From a bacterium (GTDB lineage Bacteria > Zhuqueibacterota > Zhuqueibacteria > Residuimicrobiales > Krinioviventaceae): a DNA stretch of 64,000 nucleotides. How positions within the stretch are numbered: position 1 is the stretch's first letter; every line of letters starts with the position of its first letter. The notes beneath the pieces are model-generated. The model saw only the letters and a program-made list of their open reading frames with translations. It made no database searches and was not told the DNA's origin. The stretch is taken from NCBI GenBank assembly GCA_963675755.2, contig CAXXMD010000002.1, positions 2,176,001-2,240,000 of the forward strand. Reading direction: 5' to 3'. A program made the position numbers and the translations under genes. Below, piece after piece: positions 61,001 to 64,000 of the stretch.

Positions 61001-61568
61001 CAAATACGCAGACCTGTCCGACGACAATTACGGCGTTTCTCTCATGAACGATTGTAAATACGGTTACGATGTTAAAGACAATGTTATGCGCCTCACCCTG
61101 CTGCGTTCCCCCCTAACTCCGGATCCTATCAGCAAACCCATTGGATACGAGAATCCCTATGCTGACCAGGGACTGCACGAGTTTACCTATTCCATTTATC
61201 CGCACAAGGGAAACTGCAAAACTGCCAACAGTGTCCGCAAGGCATACGAACTCAACATGCCCTTAAAAGCGGTTGTAATGGAAAAACAGGATGGTCAGGC
61301 GCCCCGTCAAAACAGCTATCTGAGCGTAAACAAGGAAAACCTCATTGTTACCGCAGTCAAACACGCGGAAGACTCGGATGCGCTCATCATCCGGCTTTAC
61401 GAGACCCACGGCTGGCCTGTTGAAGCGGAACTCACACTCGCTGTGCCATTCACCAAAGCATGGACGGGTGATATGATGGAAAATAAACTGGAAAGTCTGG
61501 CAGTAAAGGGCAAGACAGTAACTTTTTCAGCTGGAAAATATGAAATAATAACCCTGATCTTGGAATAA
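58014..61568 (+). CDS. Alpha-mannosidase GH38 with N-terminal jelly-roll domain
   Basis: SHIDMAWVW, GGMWVEPD, PDTFG, YGVGDHGGGP, NQFHDILPGS; GGAGG RBS before ATG 58014. Confidence 0.92.
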   Translation: MYWKRLLKGAILIMLIGSNGHSQTLQNSITQWLVLGSFKTDTLHTALQTQFLQNEAELQPVKGETPLPSSFQWQAIETLPSGIIDFSEFHFPAQTQSIAYAATYIYSQNEKNIVLAIGSNDAYAFWLNKIRVHENFIFRTLLKGDDHVTVRLSSGWNRLLFKVLNDGGGWGLSVDLEDTEGNVITDLQCTNEKPESVNMEAASPFAYIDHYEFGPSYMDNGKRYYPLNVTIRNLGKLGTHSGRATVDTRRSRFQSKSFKLDTVTTVSYNFSSRDLWNKLNKPCGIRIVLNGKMNDTEIFTIEPEMIFASLFQGDELPEEILPFKPLFADFKENLFWYKTFTGEPFSYQPSDLADCVDHALHNEWGPFVQMLNTLFVDVINLSHIIKQDTLHMIGQSHIDMAWVWQWPETIDVCRRTYASAINFIDEYPDFQYIQSQAVSFMWMEEKYPDLFAKIQQAVKKNRFHLVGGMWVEPDLNLAGGEALIRQILYGKRYFREKFGVDCITGYTPDTFGYTWTLPQILAKSGFQYFVTTKIRWNDTTHFPHSIFRWISPDGSSILTCLPNGLNISNKPEELAEKMLEYKSEGYNNVPVLYGVGDHGGGPTRQHFESIKKLQNTSVFPALAHDDLDSYMKHIDYKYPDAPKYENELYLEYHRGTLTTQGRVKKQNRQAEIALEESEKLAVFSGIPWPKDSLETAWKLALFNQFHDILPGSSIPEVYDDADKDYLRVNSLTKDIINNSMQAITKDIDLDEKDTPVVVFNTLNWQRSGLVSVNLPQDLSIKEVKDDNDEKMPYQQTDISVQFIARDVPANGYKTFWLRKGKYKHHDEIKVGPTFLENEFVRVEIDAQNGNISRFFDKVNNQEILVEGQQGNILQFFEDKPDNYDAWNIGYTGEMQECSQVSSIIIKEKGPARAILSVVREYNKSVFTQDYTLYADSPRLDIVTQADWHEHHILAKAAFPVNIQSDKATFDIAYGSIERTTNPQTPAEKAKWEVAAHKYADLSDDNYGVSLMNDCKYGYDVKDNVMRLTLLRSPLTPDPISKPIGYENPYADQGLHEFTYSIYPHKGNCKTANSVRKAYELNMPLKAVVMEKQDGQAPRQNSYLSVNKENLIVTAVKHAEDSDALIIRLYETHGWPVEAELTLAVPFTKAWTGDMMENKLESLAVKGKTVTFSAGKYEIITLILE

Positions 61569-61581
61569 AGACAAATGGCAC

Positions 61582-61782
61582 CCTGCCCGGGGGACCTTGA
61601 CCCGGGCAGGATAGCCCTAGTCCGCGGGTAGCCCCTAACCGCGGAACAAGGTTTGAGGCTGCGGCCGATATGGATATTTACATTCGGTCCTATGAAACCT
61701 GCGCGCATCACGGACCTGTCCACATACCGGTCAAATCAGACCGGTTATACAAAAATACCCGCCAGATGGGTAGCCACTGGCG
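61582..61782. other. GC-rich cluster of tandem hairpins between convergent genes
   Basis: cctgcccggg/cccgggcagg, ccgcgg/ccgcgg, accggtc/gaccggt, cgccag/ctggcg. Confidence 0.45.
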
Positions 61783-61829
61783 AATATGAATGGTATAAAG
61801 CCCAACCCTGCATCAATCCCGCAAATCTG

Positions 61830-62300
61830 CTACATACCGGCATCTGCCATGGCCGGCTTTGAAACCAGTTCCCATGTTTCTTTCAGATACCCTTCGGTTC
61901 TCTCTGATGCCTCAATTTCAATGGTCCACTGGTTTTCTACAATTTCGCTTTTAAATGTCAGGTGCGTGCCCACTCGAGCCGGCGAGCTGGAAGCCTCGTA
62001 ATACTCGGTATATGTACCTTCACCCAGGGTATATGTGCCCACAGCGGCAAAGAACTGGGAATCGGGATTCGCCTTGTACATCTCGATAACGGCAAAATGC
62101 TCACCGCTCATGAGTTTGTAACAAATACGCTCCTCCCCGTCAATGGTACCGCTGATCTCTCCACTGGCATACTGGGCTTCAATCATTCGCCACGTACCGC
62201 AAAGAGGTCCCTTTAACATCACTTCTCCCGGTTTGGGCTGGCAGGACATAAACAGCAAGATCATTAAAACCACGGAAACGGTGCCATACATACCACGCAT
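61830..62300 (-). CDS. Lipocalin-like lipoprotein
   Basis: AGGAGG RBS; lipobox FMSC; LCGTW, GTY, ETWE motifs. Confidence 0.7.
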   Translation of the reverse strand: MRGMYGTVSVVLMILLFMSCQPKPGEVMLKGPLCGTWRMIEAQYASGEISGTIDGEERICYKLMSGEHFAVIEMYKANPDSQFFAAVGTYTLGEGTYTEYYEASSSPARVGTHLTFKSEIVENQWTIEIEASERTEGYLKETWELVSKPAMADAGM

Positions 62301-62457
62301 ACACACCTCCTGGTGTTTTGTGAAAAAACACAATAATGAATTAGTGGAAATTTCCGTCCCGTTCCGGCAGGTTTGCGCCCAACACTCTGCGGATTGATGA
62401 GGTTCTTAAATTTGTAACAAAAGTTTTGAGGAAAAGATTTCGGGGAAATTTTTAAAA

Positions 62458-63999
62458 TCAAAACCAAGTAAAGTTGAAACCAAATTTAAACTTTACACCT
62501 GTTTCATATGGTAAAAAAATTGATTTAGTAAATGGTCCAACTTTATATCCAACTAGTAATTGTGGATTAGTTTTAAGATATATTATATCATTTTCTATTG
62601 ATGCTGTAGTAATATCATACTTGTCATAAGGCATATAAATATTAAAATCAAAAGCTAACAAAAAGGACTTTATTTCATAATCGTACCGAACACTTGGATT
62701 GATTATTAATGATTGATTCGATGAAATTTCACATATCTTTTGAGTTTTATTATTAGTAACGAGACCTAAATTAAGATGTAAATCATTATATTTATTTAAT
62801 GCATATGAATATAAAATTTTTAGTGTGTAATTTGGTAACCCTCTTGAAAATATTATTTCTTCATCATTATATGGTGATATTACTTTTGTTAATAATGAAA
62901 AAGTCTGTTTTTCATTAATTTGAGGTAAATAATATTTTAGACCAAACTCTACATCTTCATTAAAAAAATCGTTTACCCCCTGATTTTCTTTTATTAGCAT
63001 AGGCAAAGATATACACATGTCAACACTATTCGTTACTCTTTGCAAATAATTAATTGTAAAGTTAGTATTATTCCTTATTGGGAAAGTAATATCAATATTG
63101 CTATTAAAAAAACTCTTTTCTCTAGGCCAAATAAAAGGAAAAGCAGGTATTGTACAAAATTTAGGGAAATAAGAAATTATTGAATCACGAGCAAATATTC
63201 TCAATGTATCACCTGAAGTGTCTATTGAAACAAGATAATCTGTACCGGAATCGACAAGCTTAACTAAATGTAGACCCTTATTTAAAAAAAGTTCACTAAT
63301 CAAACCTTTTTCATTTGAAACACATTGATAATAATTATCAATTAATATTTCATACTGTTTACTTGGATATATTATTAAAGTTGAATATAACTTTTCATCA
63401 AAATAATTTGAAATATATCGATCAATATCTTCGTCCACAACTAATGTGTCTATAACTTGATTTATATTTTTAAACTTCAATAAATAATCACCAAAATTAA
63501 CATTAGAAAGTTCTAAAGTTGTATTCAGTAATGCAGAATTGGTTGATTTAATGAATATTTCCTCATGATTATCTAGATTTTCCAAAACTAAATTATCATT
63601 TAAATCATTTAAAAACCTGCGCCACGACTCATTTTTATTAGTTCTAAACTCAATTTTAAAATTTTCTTTATTTTTTTTGTTTAAAGAAAACTTTAATTCA
63701 TTTTTATCATTTTCAACTATGTTAATGATCGTATCAATTGAAGTATAGTATTTATTTTCTATTTTTAATTTATAACTTCCTTCTTTTAAGAAAAATGATT
63801 TAAAATTGATAACATTACTTTTTTTTCCATTGGAATCAATTAACATGGCTCTTGCATTTGATGGTAAAAAACTTATGGTCACATTATTATATTTCTCATT
63901 AGGTAATAATGTTAAATTTATCTTATTATTAGTTTCAATATTATTTATTACTTTAGGTTCAATGTGATAATAATTTGAAGTGGCATTTACTACTATAAG
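62458..63999 (-). CDS. AT-rich PEGA-like repeat protein with C-terminal barrel (5'-truncated by window edge)
   Basis: Frame is open to window end; PSNARAMLID and EGSYKLKIE PEGA-like segments; ends FNFTWF. Confidence 0.6.
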   Translation of the reverse strand, partial: LIVVNATSNYYHIEPKVINNIETNNKINLTLLPNEKYNNVTISFLPSNARAMLIDSNGKKSNVINFKSFFLKEGSYKLKIENKYYTSIDTIINIVENDKNELKFSLNKKNKENFKIEFRTNKNESWRRFLNDLNDNLVLENLDNHEEIFIKSTNSALLNTTLELSNVNFGDYLLKFKNINQVIDTLVVDEDIDRYISNYFDEKLYSTLIIYPSKQYEILIDNYYQCVSNEKGLISELFLNKGLHLVKLVDSGTDYLVSIDTSGDTLRIFARDSIISYFPKFCTIPAFPFIWPREKSFFNSNIDITFPIRNNTNFTINYLQRVTNSVDMCISLPMLIKENQGVNDFFNEDVEFGLKYYLPQINEKQTFSLLTKVISPYNDEEIIFSRGLPNYTLKILYSYALNKYNDLHLNLGLVTNNKTQKICEISSNQSLIINPSVRYDYEIKSFLLAFDFNIYMPYDKYDITTASIENDIIYLKTNPQLLVGYKVGPFTKSIFLPYETGVKFKFGFNFTWF

Positions 64000-64000
64000 T

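Noticed and set aside
62345-62395. c-di-GMP-I riboswitch upstream of the lipoprotein (GCAAACC...GGGACGGAAA on minus strand)
   Set aside because: The stem around the tetraloop does not pair fully and the downstream P3/P1 elements are missing; a cmsearch with RF01051 would settle it

Overview
Bacterial chromosomal window with no rRNA, tRNA or CRISPR array seen. Gene content (PorU/PorV-like pair, FlgD-type C-terminal domain, dockerin-bearing S8 protease, TIGR03545/03546 pair, tilS-hpt-ftsH-folP-cdaA) suggests a Gram-negative FCB-group lineage such as KSB1 or Calditrichota; this is inference. Core blocks: secretion/surface and exopolysaccharide genes (3.3-15.7 kb), alr, an Omp85-like protein and pfkA (16-22 kb), hldE-like, tilS-hpt-ftsH-folP-cdaA and dnaG (33-44 kb), an attenuated trpB2, a DUF1611 operon and a GH38 mannosidase. 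An accessory, repeat-rich tract at about 22.1-33.2 kb holds an intact IS3 element, an IS1182-like MITE inside a palindrome, two GxxExxY paralogues bracketed by (AGATAAACAC)n-type inverted repeats, and an AT-rich cassette with Mrr plus a membrane-anchored nuclease-like gene bounded by the same repeats. Best candidates for undescribed systems: (1) the GxxExxY/repeat cassette system with defence-like cargo; (2) a secreted Pro-rich peptide + polytopic membrane protein + degenerate sigma54-type activator triad at 44-46.4 kb. All family assignments are from motifs read by eye; no searches were run.
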